A stretch of 64,000 bases of DNA from Lingula anatina. Its lineage: Eukaryota > Animalia > Brachiopoda. Shown one piece after another: positions 62,496-64,000 of this stretch (its first letter is position 1; every line of letters starts with the position of its first letter). The notes under the pieces are model-generated. The model searched no databases and was not told the DNA's origin. It saw nothing but the letters and a program-made list of their open reading frames with translations. A program made the translations under genes and the position numbers. Location of the stretch: the NCBI GenBank assembly GCA_051362555.1, contig CM120643.1:8494001-8558000 (forward strand). Reading direction: 5' to 3'.

Positions 62496-63220
62496 ACAAT
62501 TTCCACGGCCATCGCTCCTTGCAATTAGCGTCCCTGCTTGAAAGGACATCTCATGTGGCCCTTGCGACTCGCAAGGCAGACGTTCCTTTACCTCTTCGCA
62601 CTCCACGGCCTCCGCATCACCCAAAAATCGCAGGGGACGTACGATCCTGAAAGTCGTGCGTCCGGTTGTGACCGAGGCTTGATATATTGCTATACCATCT
62701 CGTGATACATGCAGTTAAAACGTCAAGCGTCAGCAAAAGATACATCGGTTGCCCAACATTGTATGCAGTGTGTCAGCCCCCATGTGAAGACTTTCCATGA
62801 CAATTTCTCCTCTCTATGCTGTTTGTGGTACAGTCTGAATGAAGCATAATATTGAACCATTGACATGTACGCTGTACAACCTGCTATTCTCAAAGTACAC
62901 TTCTGTCGTGTTTCCAGTTGGATTAACCTTACTTACCTGAAAGAAACATAAGCCTACAACCGAACATACGGTAGCCGTGAGGTTACTGTTAACAAAGAGC
63001 ATGGACGCTGATGAGCTAGTATTTTTCGTTAATGGAAAGAAGGTATTTCGAATTTAATACGCGGTCACGTACTTATTGTCATCTATTACTGTTCTTTAGA
63101 TGAACTAAGAATTGTTTCTTAAACTGACCATAACTGTATCTACTGGAGAAAATACGGAATGCATTCTTGACAATATTTAACTCAGTTTTGGTTAAAAGTT
63201 CATATTTTCAGCAACGACTA

Positions 63221-64000
63221 GGGGAGACCGGGGCTAGTTGGCCCAGTTAGACACTTTTGGCCTTGAAGAGCCAACTGGGCATGAGTTAGAGTAACAAAAG
63301 TGGTTTTGAAGTAAGCACCATGAAGTAAGCTACGTATGCAACGTCATTATTTTTCAAATATAATGCCAGATGGCTCACAATTTGACGAAAAACGCTATTG
63401 ACGTCAGGGGGCCAACTTGCCCCGTCGCGGGTCAAGTTGGCACCCGGGTCGGGGCAAGTTGGCACCCTATACTTAAATGCAGTATTAAGCAGGTTTTTAA
63501 TAAATGAAAACGAATAATAAATTTTCATTTTAAAAGAAACTAACAAATTCAGTCTGAAACTGGTAATTATTTAACAAACCATTAACTTTGCTTTAACAAT
63601 GGTCTATAGCTCTGTTGCGCGCAAAGGATTGTGGTCTATATGAGGGTCCAACTTGCCCCGAGCCAAGGGGGGCAACTAGCGCCAGGTGCACAATTTTTAT
63701 ATTTAAGGATTGCAGCCGTTTATAGTGCAAGAATGGACTGCGATAAAACATTTTTGTAAAATTTCAAACAATTAGCTTTAGTTTGATGCCCTATACGTAT
63801 ACTTTATTCGATCAAAAGCATATGAAAATAGATTTTTAAATCTCTTAAACAAAATTACTTTTAGGTGCAGAAATCGTTTATTTGGACTCACCGCTTAAGT
63901 AAAACTTTTTAACGTCCGACACTTCCTTGGCATTGTAGGCTACGGTCACATTACAAGAGCAAGTGGCCAATTTTTTTTTTACCTCGTAGTTACTTTTTCA
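63221..64000. mobile_element. Left part of a pogo/Tigger-like non-autonomous element
   Basis: TA|GGGGAGACCGGGGCTAGTTG terminus with repeated GGGGC(A/T)AGTTGG and CCAACTTGCCCC subterminal motifs. The right end is not identified in the window. Confidence 0.45.

Noticed and set aside
62439-63002. Two short minus-strand ORFs and a CAG|GTAAGT donor near 62937, suggesting another gene
   Set aside because: No recognisable protein and no downstream exons found. One ORF runs into a transposon TIR, and the rejoined flanks gave no convincing frame.

Overview
AT-rich, intron-containing animal genomic DNA. The repeat types suggest a marine invertebrate, possibly a mollusc (inference). Four spliced genes can be reconstructed with canonical splice sites and open frames. 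Two are tandem EEPD1 paralogs on +: copy A (17238-31958) has HhH domains but a degenerate EEP active site, and copy B (36421-42297) lacks HhH but has a fully canonical active site. The others are a MATCAP/KIAA0895-family HExxxH tubulin carboxypeptidase on - (48500-45691) and gamma-SNAP/NAPG on + (48972-56646), which has a U12-type intron and an 18-nt microexon and is head-to-head with MATCAP. Non-coding space holds a 5'-truncated env-bearing LTR retroelement (3' LTR 6466-6679, open env-like frame 7925-9262), many MITE families (3-bp TWA-type and 5-bp TSDs), two Helentron/HINE-like elements with a 161-bp satellite unit, a long-TIR element carrying a RecQ-like helicase fragment, and a 2-kb TIR element. 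Most notable: the complementary split of function between the EEPD1 paralogs, tandem amplification of exon-end/splice-donor junctions in both paralogs, and the EEPD1-MATCAP tail-to-tail linkage that also exists in human.
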